DNA of 64,000 bases from Octopus sinensis (GCF_006345805.1 NC_043014.1:24986001-25050000), one strand, 5' to 3'; positions 37,355-51,165 are shown, numbered from the stretch's first letter. Numbers and translations are program-made. The notes: generated by a model not told the origin, from the letters alone.

Positions 37355-37659
37355 TTATTTGTAACTTTTAGTGTATGCGTGAGTGTGTGTGGAGATACTT
37401 GGACTATACAGTATACATTTCACTCTCGGTTCCTAATCTTTGTGTTATATTCAGTATGTATGTGTTGGTTCACTGTCTTTCTGAAAACAAAAAAATATTT
37501 TAATACTTGATTATAAACTGCTCATTACATTACTTTCAAAATGTGTTCAGAATATTTAAGGTCTTGGTTGTGATTGAGACAAGTAAGAGAACATGACTGT
37601 CAGCCACTTTTTGAGACAGAACTAAAAGGTTCATTGGGTTCAGATTTCATATTGCTCAC

Positions 37660-39190
37660 TATTGTTAAGATGGAGGTATGACAGAATCAATAGTGTCACT
37701 CTAAACTAAATACCTTGTGCAATTATATCCCTTTATGTTTCTGAGTTCAAATTCCAGCATAGTCAGCTTCTCTTTTCATCCCTCTAAGGTTGAAAAAAAT
37801 ACTAATGGTATACTTACCCCCATCCATTTCTTACAAATTTGTGGCCTGTGTCAATGCTAGAAATAATCAATTATTATTATTCTTTATTATTATTATTGTT
37901 GTTGCTGTTTATTATTATTATTATTATTATTATTATTGAATGAGAGAGAGTGCATGCCATCAAAGTGACACTGGGGTAAAATATACGAAGCCCAGTATAC
38001 CCATCATGACTACCCGTCTGATAAGGGTACACTAGACACATGCATCACAACCATGTGTGTGCAATATGGTGATCTCATATCAAGATAAATAGCACATGAC
38101 CTTGCAGGTGGGGCCCAGTTAGAATTTTCTTCTGGTTGAGTAACCCATCCCACTCAAAAGGTCCCTGATTAAGGGTTCTTTAAGGATGTTGAACGAAACA
38201 CCTATGTTTCCAGAGGTGAATTATTCAAACCCCAAAAAGTCCCTCTCAACACATGGCTATGATGCTCCCCCACTACTTCTGCTCGTGATCAGAGATGCAC
38301 ATATCGTCAGCCACTAAGGGACATGCTCAACTGGTTATGGTCAAACAACTGACAAGCAAATCTGTGGTATTGAGCAGAATATTTGCTGTTTATTATTATT
38401 ATTATGATGTCTGTATGGGTGGCACAGATGGTAATGCACTGAACAGTAATTAATTTTGTTGATTAATGAGTTGAAATCCTGCCTGTCACCTTCAACATGG
38501 AATTTTGTTGAAAACAGTGAGCTGGCAGACTTAGCATGCTGGACAAAATGCTTAGTGACATTTTTGTTCTGAGTTCAAATTCTGCTGAGGTCAACTTTGC
38601 CTATTGTCTTTTCGGGGTCGATAAAATAAGTACCTGCCAAGCACTGGTGTCAAAGTAATTGATTTACCCCTTCCCCTCAAAACTGGTCTAATAATAATAA
38701 TGGTTTCAAATGGTACCAAAATTTGAAACTATTATTATTATTAAACCAGTGGATTGGCAGAATTGTTAGTGTTGGAGAAAATATGTTATGATATTTCTCT
38801 TTACATTCTGGGTTCAAATTCCATCAAGGTTATCTTTGCCTTTCATCCCTTGGGGGTCTATAAAATAAAGTACTAGTAAAATAAAATACTAGGGTCAATG
38901 ATATCAATTTATACCCTCCTTTCAAAATCTCTGGCTTTGTATGTTAATAAGAAAACTATTTTTATTATGTGGCTTTCTGCCAATGTTAGAAATCAATATT
39001 AATAATGTCTAAAATTGTTGAGAATTTAACTAAATAGCCTTTTTAAAGCATTTAGTTTTGTCTCTAAGTTCTGTGTTCAAATCCCATCAGAGTCCTGAGC
39101 AGGTCCAAAAAGTCAATTCATTACCTATATACATTTCTTCCTATATAATTTTGTGCTCTGTGCCAATATGAAAAATCACCATCAATATTT
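37660..39190 (+). mobile_element. Cluster of four old co-oriented tRNA-derived SINEs (Meta-domain-like); a fifth at 41155-41375
   Basis: Repeated TTCTGAGTTCAAATTC...TTTCATCC...GGGGTCGATAAAATAAGTACC blocks followed by (TAT)n. Confidence 0.65.
37870..38390 (-). mobile_element. Interspersed retroposon 3' end with an (AAT)n tail
   Basis: Complex sequence abutting a (TAT)n run at 37870-37937; family not assigned. Confidence 0.5.
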
Positions 39191-39229
39191 TTGTTGTTGT
39201 TGTTGTTGTTATTATTATTTTTATTATTA

Positions 39230-39265
<36 letters not shown>

Positions 39266-40053
39266 TATTATTATTATTATTATTATTATTACAGCATGAA
39301 ATCTACACTTTTCATTTTTCTATCCCCATGTAAACCCCATACTTCATGCTCTATATAATAAAACACTGTTATTAGTATTTTGGAAGGTAGGGCATAAAAA
39401 AAAAATGAAGAAAAGCCCATACTGCTGCCATGCACTATAACATTGTCCTTTTTCTAAAGTGGTTCCTATTCAATTGAATTGAATAATTTTTTTCTTCTAA
39501 GATCCCCTCATTGGTTTCCTACCCATATTCTCTAGCTTAATAAGTGAGATAGAACACATGCACTCAAACAACACATCTCATCAAAATTCAATGTAAAATA
39601 TTTCTAAAGATAATCTAAATTTTTGACTAAAATCTCTACTTGTTGCTATTTAGACATTATTTCTTTTTTAATCATCAGTGGTGTTATAATATTGAACAGC
39701 AGAATTAGTTCTTTAAAACAAATTTACTTCTGAAGATCCTCCAGCATTTCAACAAATTTGTTTAGTGTGTGTGAAAGAGAGAGAGAGATATCATATGCAA
39801 TGCTGCTCGTTTTATTGTAATTGTTTTTATTGCCTGGTAACTGTATATAAGAAGTTGTTCATGTCTGTCACCAGCAATTTGAGGTATGCATATGTATATA
39901 TGTAAACACACACACGCTCATGCATATAAGTGTGTGTATGTTTTTATGTATATGTATGCGTGGGTATAAGTATACAAATTGGAGAGAAGTATTCAATATA
40001 TGTAGTAGAGTTTATATACTAAAACCTAATGATTGACTTCATTTCTACTTCAG

Positions 40054-40089
40054 GTTTCTCACTTTTATTCATCCATTCAATTAACAGAG
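40054..40089 (+). other. Candidate 36-nt micro-exon
   Basis: CTAAT...TTCATTTCTACTTCAG| and GAG|GTAAAT; open in phase 0 (VSHFYSSIQLTE). Confidence 0.35.
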
Positions 40090-40514
40090 GTAAATGTGTG
40101 TGTGTGTTTTTATAAATATGTATGTGTGTAATGTATATTTATATGTGTATATGTATGTGTATTTACGTTAGCAGGCTAACAAATGGAAAAGCTAGAACAG
40201 TTCTGAATATCACAGCATTTACTTTAGAGATGTAGAATGTGTGTATAAATGCAACTTATGAGTTAAACTGATTTACTCCTGGTTATTTATATGTATCTGC
40301 TGTAATCTTTTTTCGTTTTTTTTTCAGCAGAAAGTACATTAGATTTCTACCCACTTCAATTTATCTAACTGTAGATAGTAGGATAATCAAATCTTCTGAC
40401 AATATTATTTACCTGTTGTTACAGTCTTTCATCCTCATAATGAAGATTTCATTTCATTCGATTAATGCCATGTAGCACAAACTTCGTGAGTCCGCGTTAC
40501 TTGGAAGTATTTTC

Positions 40515-40547
<33 letters not shown>

Positions 40548-41771
40548 ACTCACTTTTCCATGCATGAAACTAAATGGTTCAGTAGCTATCTATTATACTA
40601 CTAGTTTATGGGTCATGATTTGAAATCTGCTGCAAGGCATATCTTGTGACAGTAAACGAGCATCCTATCAAGCTGGAGATTTCCGTCATCCATTTATCAA
40701 TTATATGAATGTAATCATGTAAATTTAGGGCATTGCTGTCTTTTTATAAGGGTTGTCTGCCAAGCTCATTAAGCATATTACTCCAGTTTATTATTAACAT
40801 TGGTGTTATAGATTATTTTGTAGCTGAAAATCTTTGTTGGGTTTTAGTCTGGGAGTACTGTTAACAGAGCTGTTTCACTTGGAACTTTTATTTTCTTATT
40901 TCTTTACAGTAAGAACAAAAAATTTTAAGATAGTACTGTGATAGCTGTATGAATAACAATGCCTATTGCTGAATCAGCAGCTAATATGCAAGCCACATTA
41001 TTCTATTTGTCATCAAAAGTATAATCTTTAAGATATGTTATATACTTTTACTGTCATTTTCTGTTATAATTCCATATTTTCTACAATGTTTATAAACATC
41101 ATCATTTTAACATATTTATTTTTTAAATTACTCATTTTTACATAAGCACAAGGGCCGTACATATCAGTAGTGTTAGCCTAAAGTTATGTCCCTTCATGTT
41201 CAGAGTTTAGATCGACCAAGATTGACTTATTGGTCTTTTATCTTACTGATGCAGCAGATGCCATTAAAATAAAATACCAGTCAAGTAACTGGGGTCTATT
41301 AAAATGACTAAAGTCTTCACCCCCTTCCTTAACTACTCACAAAATTTGTAGACCTTGTGCCTATATAAGAATTTTATGATATTTAGCACATACTGATATT
41401 CAGCATCCATACTTCAAATCAACTTAGCAACTTCAGAAATAAGTACTAAGTTCCTTTCTATTTCAAATGTGTATATTGTCCATATTTTCAAAGATACATA
41501 CATCTACTCTTCTCTTTCACACAATTATTGTTTTATCAATTCATACAAACCTATAAGATACCTTCCATCCAAACCTTGATGTGAGAATCATATGAATATA
41601 CATGGAGTACTTGAAGACAGTTGAATGAGGACTCTGTAAAAAATTAAACCCCATTACAAGTATTGGGTAAGCACTGTAATTTAGAAAGGTACTGTGATTG
41701 ATTAATCATCTCTAAATAATAATGATTTGCAACTAATTTTTTGACATAGTAATAATAATAGTATGTATGTG

Positions 41772-41808
<37 letters not shown>

Positions 41809-42192
41809 GTACCAGGGGAGATTACTGTGATACAAATATTCATTATCAATTACATTTACGATTTCTGGTAATGCTAAGTTACAACAACCCACTTCTATGG
41901 TCTCCACTAACTTCCCAAAAGAATGAGTGTTTTGAAGAAATGAACGTGTTCACTGTTATAGAATTTTCTAATTAAAGATAATCAAATATGCTGCCCGTCC
42001 TATGATTGCATACATGTGTACTTGTATGTAAGATATAATATATATACATACACACAATGTGTATGTACATATATATGTGCATCTATACACACACACACAC
42101 ACACACACAAAAAACATAAATTTAGAAAAACATAAATCCTGAGAAGAAGCACACTCTGAGAAGTAGAGCAGTCTATATTTACCAGTAATATA

Positions 42193-42622
42193 TCATCATC
42201 ATCATTATCATCATCATCATTTAGCGTCCGCCTTCCATGCTAGCATGGGTTGGACGGTTCAACTGGGGTCTGTGAAGCCGGAAGGCTGCATCAGGCCCAG
42301 TCTGATCTGGCAGTGTTTCTACGGCTGGATGCCCTTCCTAACGCCAACCACTCCGTGAGTGTAGTGGGTACTTTTTACGTGCCACCTGCACAGGTGCCAG
42401 ACAGAGCTGGCAAATGGCCACGGACGGATGGTGCTTTTTACGTGCCACCGGCACGGGGGCCAGGCCAGGCTGGCAACGACCACGAACGGATGGTGCTACG
42501 TGCCACCGGCACGGAAGCCGGGCGAGGCTGGCAACAGCCACAAACGGATGATGCTTTTTACGTGCCACCGGCATGGAGGCCAGTCGGGGCGGCGCTGGCA
42601 ACGGCCACGATTGGATGGTTCG

Positions 42623-42625
<3 letters not shown>
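42193..42625 (-). mobile_element. RTE 3' UTR copy between (CAT)n and (TA)n
   Basis: Homologous to 760-1209; four diverged internal units. Confidence 0.88.
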
Positions 42626-42674
<49 letters not shown>

Positions 42675-42689
42675 CACATATGTTCTTTT

Positions 42690-42872
42690 ATTCTTTTATG
42701 TTTCAGTCCTGAGGCTGTGGGCATACTGGGGCACTGCCATTGTAATCACCTTTTAATTGGCCAATTCTATGGGTTTGGCTTCTGGTTAAGGAGGGAATTC
42801 GATACCGCTGCCCTATTTTGAGTTTCTGGCCTTGATATTGGTTCATCTGAGATCTTGAATACTAAGCAGTCA
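42690..42872 (-). mobile_element. CR1-like LINE extreme 3' end
   Basis: DEPISRPETQNRAAVSNSLLNQ plus tail; homologous to 24085-24230. Confidence 0.7.
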
Positions 42873-42875
42873 AGT

Positions 42876-45330
42876 TCATCATCATCATCATTTAACCTCC
42901 ACTTTCCATGCTGGCATGGGTTGGATGGTTTGGCTGAGGGCTGCACCAAGCTCCAATCTGATCTGGCAAAGTTTCTACAGCTGGATGCCATTCCTAATGC
43001 CAACCACTCTGAGAATGTAGCAGGTGCTTTTGCATGCCACCGGCATAAGGGTGAGTCAGGAAGTACTGGCATTGACCACACTTGAATGGTGCTTCAATTA
43101 TAGACCTTGCTACTACACCTGAAACTTCTCCTCTAGTTCTGATAGTGACTCAGCTGTTAGAGCAAGGTCATCAGCATAGACCAGCTCCCAGGGGCATCCT
43201 GTCTTCAATTCCTCTGTTATTGCCAGGTGGACTATGATGAATAAGAAGAGACTGAGGACTGATCCTTGGTGAACCCCTACTTCTACCTGGAATTCTTCAC
43301 TGTACTCATTGCTGACTCTCACCTTACTGACAGCATACATGTACAACTCTCATTAACCACTCATCTATCCTATTTTCTACATTGACCACCAGATAAGGAA
43401 TCGGGGGACCCTGCTAAAAAACTTTCTCCATGTCAATGAAAGCCAGGTACAGAGGTTTATCTTTGGTTAGGTATTTCTCCTGCAGCTGTCTTATCAGGAA
43501 TATAGCATCAGTGGTGCTTTTCCCTGGCACGAACCCAAACTGCATCTCATCTAAACTAGCTCACTCCCTAATTAGTTGGGCTATGACCCTCTCCCTGACC
43601 TTCCTTACCTGATCCAACAACTTGATACCTCTGTAATTATTCGTATCTAATGCATCACCCTTACCTTTGTAGCAGTTGACTATGGTGCAGCTACACGAGT
43701 CATTGGGTGTGACTCCTTCATGTATCACCTGATTGACTATACAGGTGACTAGACTACAGCCAACACTGCCAGATATTTTTAGCATCTCTGTGGTGATTTC
43801 TGATGGGCCGGGGGCTTTCCCTGTCTTCATACCCTTAATTGCTTTATCTACCAAGGTACTGTCAATTCGGATAGCTGGTCCCTCTATTGGGTCAACATTC
43901 GGCAGACTCTCTCCCATTCATTCTCTTCATTTAGCAACCTCTCATAGAGGCATCGCCAAGTCTCTCTCTTTGCAGCCTCATTAAATTCAATTGCACCATC
44001 ATCCATGCTGACACATTTCTCTCCTATGACATCATGATTCTCTCTCATACACTGTCTTGCAACATGAAACACTTCAAGTCTTTGGTCCTCACAACGCAGA
44101 ACATTGACAATTTTTTTTTTCTTATCAGCTTCTCCTCTGGCTAAGTAAACCTGTCCCCCAATTTCCCTTCTGGCAATCTGATACAATTCCCTGCTTTCAC
44201 CATTCTTCCAGTCCTTCCATGCCTGTTTCTTTTCCCTAATGGCCCTGTTCACTTCATTGTTCCACCACCATGTTACCTGGGGGTCGAGAGGGGACTTTGC
44301 ACCACTCACAGATCTGGTCAGTAGCCCTCAACAGCTTGTCCCGTAGAAACCTCCTGTTGTCTTCCACATCATGTGAAGCTATATCTTTCTCTATTTCATC
44401 AAAAGCTTCGAGTAATACATCTCTAAATTTCTATCCATTCACAGGATCCTTAAGCTTCCAGACCCTTCTTCTCCATGCTGGTCATATTCTGGGCATCCAT
44501 AAAGCCCTGATCCTGAAGTCGCTAACTACTAATCTATGTTGTGGGATGCATTCTTCACCTGGGAAGGTTTTGGCATTTATAAGTAGCCATCTTTCCCATT
44601 TCCTGGTGAGGATGTAGTCAATTTGACTATTGTGTCCACCAGACCAGTAGGTGAATAGGTGACTGACAGGTTTCCCGAAGTTAATATCACAAACCATAAG
44701 ATCATTTGCATCATAGAACTCCAGCAGCCTGGTTCTCTCCTCATTGAAGGAACCAAAACCATAGCTTCCATGTGTGCCATGGAAGCCTCTGGCATGTTGT
44801 CCAACATGCGCATTGAAGTTGCCAGCCACAAAGAGAAGGTCGCTACTATTCATCGACAAAGTAGTCTGCAAGGGGATGTCATAAAATCGGTCTTTTTGTT
44901 CATCAGGTAGCTCCAGCTGTGGGGCATAAGCCGATATAATGGTTGTTAATCCATGTTGCAGCATTAATCTAATAATAAGTTTTGTCACTGACTCTGACTA
45001 CCTTGATTACCTTATCAACCCATTTCTCCACAAGAAGTATATCCACACCCCCAACCCCATCAGTGTTCCCTGCCCAGAAAATCTTATACCTATGTTCTTT
45101 GCCTGTGAATAACCTAGCAGAACTTCCTCTCCACCTTACTTCTTGGATGCAGCACAAATCTACATGTCTCTGTTCAAGCATCTCAACAATTTCCCAGACA
45201 TACCTTTTGGTGTGCCAACTCTGAGGGTGTGGACAATGTGGCCCCGCAAGACCCTGGGATGGGGAACAGCAGCATCATGTACCTGAAAAGAAAGCTCACA
45301 TTTGGCAGAACTCATAAACATACAATAGCC
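42876..45330 (-). mobile_element. RTE LINE with its 5' end, internally deleted near 43090
   Basis: MLEQRHVDLCCIQEVRWRG, AYAPQ, VAGNFNAHVG, QIDYILTRK, GKAPGPSEI, NYRGIKLL, QVGVHQGSVLS, LVYADDL; RT is joined directly to the last ~210 nt of 3' UTR. Confidence 0.92.
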
Positions 45331-45520
45331 TTCAACCTGAATACACTACACCATTTTATGCGGTACATAATCACTACATTACATAAGAGATTAACCCTAA
45401 GTAAGGATGAGGGAACATGAAGCCTTTGGAGGTGTTCTTGGGAAAAACATCCGGTAGAGATCAGAGGATAAAGACTTCCAATACAGATAGTGGGGGTGGG
45501 AAGGGCAGGTGCACCGTGAA

Positions 45521-46490
45521 AAAGCAAAAACTCAGGCTGCTGGTGTGAAAGAGTAGTAATGATAGCAATGAGATAGAGTTCTTAACTAGAGTTATAACAA
45601 ACAGTTTTCGGTCAGCCAAACTGTAACAAAATTAGATAAATGAATGAATAAATAACAATAATAAATGAGCGTGAAAGAGGGGGAGAAGGGATAAAGAGTG
45701 AGTTGGATTGAGTGTAGGGATATAACGAAATGAAATAATAAAGTAATTATAATTTGCCCTGAAAAAGACGTTTGAGATGTGTGCTAGGTTGGAAAACAAA
45801 GTTGCTTATCTGAACATCTGTTTTCTACTCCATGTGGCAAGGTATTAAAAATATGAGGTAGAGGAATCTGAATGAGCTAGTTTATATAGGGTGGGGTGTG
45901 GGGAGTGGAGATAAAGTGTTGGAAGAAGCAAGTGGTTAATGAAACAGAGAGAGAGAGAGAGGCCAGAGTTAAGCTGATCAAAGACAGAACATGAGGAGAT
46001 GGAATTTGGGGATTTAGGGTAATATAATTGAATGAATGGGTTTAACATTGCTTCTTCTGGCGTGAAAGAAGAATAGTAATTCTAATAATGAGAGAGAATT
46101 GGGCACTGCGAAACAGCAAAAACTCAGGCTGCTGGTGTGAAAGAGTAGTAATGATAATAATGAGATAGAATTGGGCATTTGCATTCTTAACTAGAGCTAT
46201 AACCAACAGTTTTTGGTCAGCCAAACTGCAATGAAATTAGATAAATGAATGGAGAACAATGATAAATGAGCGTGAAAGAGGGAGAGCTGGATTGAGTGTA
46301 GGGATCTTAAGTTTTTTCTCTAAACATACAGCATGGAAGACGAAACCATATTTAAAAACATAGATAATGAAATTAAATAATAAAGTAATTATAATTTGTG
46401 CTGAAAAAGAGGTTTTAGATGTGTGCTAGGTTGGAATACAAAGTTGCTTATCTGAACATCTCATTTCTACTCTGTGTGGCGAGGTGTTTC
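45521..46490. repeat. Diverged direct duplication (45521-45860 and 46113-46490)
   Basis: Shared AAAACTCAGGCTGCTGGTGTGAAAGAGTAGTAATG...AAGTTGCTTATCTGAACATC with different indels. Confidence 0.85.
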
Positions 46491-48100
46491 TTGAAAACAT
46501 CTACTCCAACTCCATGAAGGTCCCTCAGATGTTTTAGCCAGGAGCTAAGTAGCTGTGGGCCTTGAATCCCAAGTTATTGCAGTACATGTTCCTCGCCCTA
46601 GATGATACAGTTGGGACTTTTGGAACAGTGCAGCGACATCCATTTTGACATCTGTTATAACTCTCAATTCAAAATTTGGTGCCATTCCCTCCAGTATCTT
46701 CCATACATATATCTCTCCCGTTTTCACTCCAGGGAGTAGAGCCATAGCTCTTTCAGTCTCTCCCAGTAGCTCAGCTGTTCCATTGATGCAATCTTCTTCA
46801 TGTAGTATCTCTGAATTGCCTCAAGTTCTACTATTAATCCTACAGTGTAGGGTGACCATAGTTGAGAGCATAGTCCAGATAGCTGAGGACAAATGTCCTC
46901 CATAGGACCAGCATAGTTTCCTGGTCCCTTCTTCTGAAGGTTCTCAGAATCCATCCGGCCATTCGCCTGCACACTGCCACCATCTTGCTGACATGCAAGT
47001 GAAACAAGGCATTGTTGCTGATGTCAATCCCAAGATCACGCACTGTATTTGCTTCTTGGATTTCTGCTCCTTTTCACCCAAAGTATTGTTGTTGCGACTT
47101 CTGAGCACCAATTAGCTGGTAGCAGAGGGCTTGGAATTTGCCTGCATTAAATTGCATGTTCTTGTCCTCAGCCTATTTATAATATGGCATCTAGGTCTTT
47201 CTGTAGAAGATTAGCATCAGACGGTTCCTTGACTGCTTGTACTACTTTTGTGTCATCAGCATAACTATTAAGTAAGGCTATCTGTGTAACTGATGCATGT
47301 CGAAAAGAGCCACCATGAACAGTAGTGGCCCCAATACAGTTCCCTGAGGCACTCCACTTTCTATTAATGTCTCTGTGGAGAAAGCTACAACCTGGCTTCT
47401 GTCGTTTTAGAAGTCATGCAAGCACTCTCCAATTTTCTCAGTTATGCTGAGTCTCTGTAGTTTGTGACATATTAACTTTATCAAAGGCCTTTGCAAAATC
47501 AAGATATATTACATCCACATTTGAGTGATTCAATAATTGTTTAAACGCCCAATCATAGTGTTGCAAAAGCTATGTAAGGCAGCTTCTGCTGGAGCAAAAG
47601 CCATGCTGGGTGTCAAGAAGCAAAACATTATCTTCAAGGAAGGAGATTAGTTTCTTCCTCTCAGTGCACTCCATGACTTTGCTGACATGGGAAGTTAGAG
47701 AGACCAAGTCTATAATTCTTAGTGTCTGCTCTGCCAATTCCCTTGTGGATAGGGCATATAATGCCTTCCTTTAACTTTTTGGGAAGTCTCCCTGTTGTGA
47801 GGAAGCTCTGAAAGAGAATCTGAAGTGGTCTAGCTAGAGCCCCTTTGCATTTCTTCAGGAGGATTGCTCGGAATCCGTCAGAACCTGTTGCTGAGTTTGT
47901 GCTCATCTCATCAGTGGCTGATATCACATCAGTTTACTCTATGCTGGTTCTGTTGATAATTGCCATTTTGTTGTGTAGATCTGTGGAGCCAAAGAACTCA
48001 TTAGGCATACCTACTTGAAAGTGTCCCAGTGGAGTTGTGAAAGCTCTCTTGTATTGCACATTCAGTATTTCACTGATCCTCTGGAGGACGCAGACACACA
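46490..48100 (-). mobile_element. CR1-like LINE (RT and C-terminus, decayed)
   Basis: GIICPIHKG...DTKNYR, RDLGIDISN, RMAGWILRTF, YVWKILEG. Confidence 0.88.
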
Positions 48101-48123
48101 CATTGTATGCATATACATTGTAC

Positions 48124-51100
48124 ATCATTATCACTTAATGTCTATTGTCCATGCTGGCATGGGTTGGACGGTTTGACCAGAGCTGGTCAGCTGGAAGGCT
48201 GCACCAAAGTGCAGTCTGATTTGGCCTGGTTTCTATAGCTGGATGCTCTTCATAGCGCCAACTACTCCAAGAGTGTAATGGGTGCTTTTATGTGCCACTG
48301 GCACAAGTGCTATTTGCATGACACCAGTATCTTCCACAACTGTGATTTTACTTGGCTTGATGGGTCTTCTCAAGCCTGACATAATACCAAAAGTTTTAGT
48401 CACTGCAGCCATGAGGCCCAACACTCAAAAGGAGCTCAGCTACTTTGCTTCCGTGAGGCCCAATGCTTGAACAGTGCTTTTCACATGCCACCAGCATGGG
48501 TTCCAGTTACATGACACCAGCATCAGCCATGACTACGATTTGATGGGTCTTCTGAAGCACAGCATATCACCAATGGTTTCAGTCACTAGTCATTGCCTCT
48601 GTGAGGCCCACAGTTTGAAGATCATGCTTCACTGCGTCATCCCATGTCTTCCTAGGTCTACCTCTACCACAAGCTCCCTCCACAGTTAGAAATCAGAATC
48701 TCTTTATGCAGCTGTCCTTGTCCATATGCAACACATGGCCACAGCAGCACAGTCATCTCTCGTGCACACCATATCTGATGCCTCTCGTGTCCAGCTTTTC
48801 TCTCAAGATGCTTACACTCTGTTGAACATGCACATTGACATTACACATCCAGCGAAGCATACTGGCTTCATTACTTTCAAGCCTACACATGTCCTCGGCT
48901 GTCACAGCCCGCATTTCACTGCCATGTAACATAGTTGTTTGCACACAGGCATCATACAATCTGCCTTTCAATCTGTGAGAGAGACCCTTTGTTGCCAGCA
49001 GAGTTAGGAGCTCTCTGAACTTTGCCCCACCTAATCTTATTCTCACAGCTACACTCTTGGAACATCCACCTATGCTACTAACTTGGTCACCTACATAACG
49101 GAAGCTATCTACTATCTCTAGCTTGCCTCCATGGCAGTTGATAGAATCTATTTTCTATATATTTTCAGCATTTATTGTACCTGTACATCTTCCACATGTA
49201 AACACTATTTTCCCTGTTAACCTTCCTCTTATATTGCTGCTCCTTTTATATGTTCAAAGCTTACACCAGGTGCATCTTATGCAGTTTCTACCTACACCTT
49301 TTCTACAGATTGAGCAGGGCCAATGATTTGTCCGCTTTCCTACTTACTAAGACTTTGATTTTTGCTAGGTTAAATCTAAGGTCCTTTGATTCTAGACCTT
49401 GCTTCTATACCTGGAACTTCTTAAGTTCTGGTAGTGATTCAGCTATAAGAACAAGGTTGTCAGCATAGAGGAAATTCCGAGGGCAGCCTGTCTTAAATTC
49501 CTCTGTTATTGCTTAGAGGGCTATGATGAACAAGAGGGAGCTGAGGACTGATTTTTGGCGAACCCCAACTTGTAGCCTGGATTCTTCTCTGTATTCGTTG
49601 CCAACCCTCACCTTACTGGTAGCATCCTTGTACATGGCTTGTACAGTTCTCACCAACCACTCAACTATCCTTACTTTCCGCATTGGCCACCAGATAAGGG
49701 AATGGAGAACCCTGTCAAAAGCTTTCTCCAAATCAACAAAAGCCAAGTACAAAGATTTATCTTTGGCTATATATTTCTCCTGCAGCTGCCTTACCAGAAA
49801 TATAGCTTCTCCCTGGCACAAAACCAAACTGAAGCTCATCTAGACTGACTCTCTCCCTAATTAGTTGAGCTATGACCCTCTCTGTAACTTTCATGACCTA
49901 ATCCAACAATTTGATACCACTGTAGTTATTTCTATCTGAAGCATCACCTTTACCTTTGTAACCATTGACTATGGTGTTACTACACCAGTGATTGGGTATG
50001 ACTCCTTTGTGAACCACATGATTTACAATACAGGTGACTAGACCATAACTCACACCACCAGATATTTTAAGCATCTCAGCAGTGGTTCTGATGAGCCGGG
50101 GACTTTCCCTGTCTTCATATCCTTCTACCAATGTACTGTCAATTTGGGTAGCTGGTCCCTCAGTTGGGTCAACATTTGACAGACTCTCCTCCCCTTCATT
50201 CTTCACATTCAGCAGTCTTTCATAATGGCATTTCCAAGCTTCTTTCTTTGCAAAATCATTAAAAGCAAGTGCAAAATCATTCATGTGGACACTTTTCTCT
50301 CCTATGACATTGTAATTTTCTCTTACTCTCTTGCTAGCTGAAACACTTCAGTTCTTTGGTCCTTGTGTTGCTGAACATAGGCAAACTTCTTTTCTGCTTC
50401 CCTCTTGGCTAGATATACCTGTCTCGTAGCTTCCCTTCTGGCTATCTGATACAGTTCCCTTCTACCCCCACTCTTCCAGGCCTATTCCTTTGCTCTAATG
50501 GCCCTGTCTACAGCATCGTTCCACCCTAGGTCTAGATGGGACTTTGCATCAGCTGCAGATTTGGTCTGTGACACTCAACAAGCTGTCCTGCAGGAATTCC
50601 CAGTTACCCTCTACGTCCCAGGTCTGTAGCTCCTCCTCCCTCTCATCAAATTTCTGAATTAGGATGTCTCTAAATCTCTGACCATATGAAAGGCCCTTAA
50701 GCTTCCAAATCCTTCTTTTCCAGATTGGTCTGCTTCTTGGTATCCTTCTGGCCTGGAGTCTAAAGTCACTATGTTGGGAGGGAGGGGGGGCACATTCTTC
50801 ACCAGGGAGGATTTTTGTATTTAAGAGCAACCATGCATCCCACTGTCTGATGAGAATGTAATTGATCTGACTTGCACAATCACCTGATTGATAAGTTATT
50901 AGGTGGCTAGCCGGCTTCCTGAAGTTGGTGTTGCAGATCAATAGGTTATTTGCGTCACAAGAACTCCAGTAGCCTTGTTATCTCTTTGTTTCAGGAACCA
51001 ATTCCATGGCCCCCATTTATGTCATGGAAGATACTGGCCTGCCGTCCAACATGCCCATTGAAATTACCAGCCATGAAGATGACATCATTGTCGCTCGTCT

Positions 51101-51165
51101 TAGAGGTAACCTGCCGAAGACTATCATAAAAGTATACCTTTTGTTCATTTGGTAGGCCCTCTATT
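48124..51165 (-). mobile_element. RTE LINE, long decayed copy (EN part, RT, C-terminus, 3' UTR)
   Basis: Multiple ORF fragments (YLAFVDLEKAFDRV, QVGVRQKSVLS, LEIVDSFRYVG, KFRELL); Cys-rich insert at 49185-49316. Confidence 0.92.

Noticed and set aside
40425-41666. Candidate exons 40425-40485 and 41558-41666 with AG/GT borders
   Set aside because: Both have stops in all three frames; at most non-coding exons, and unsupported.
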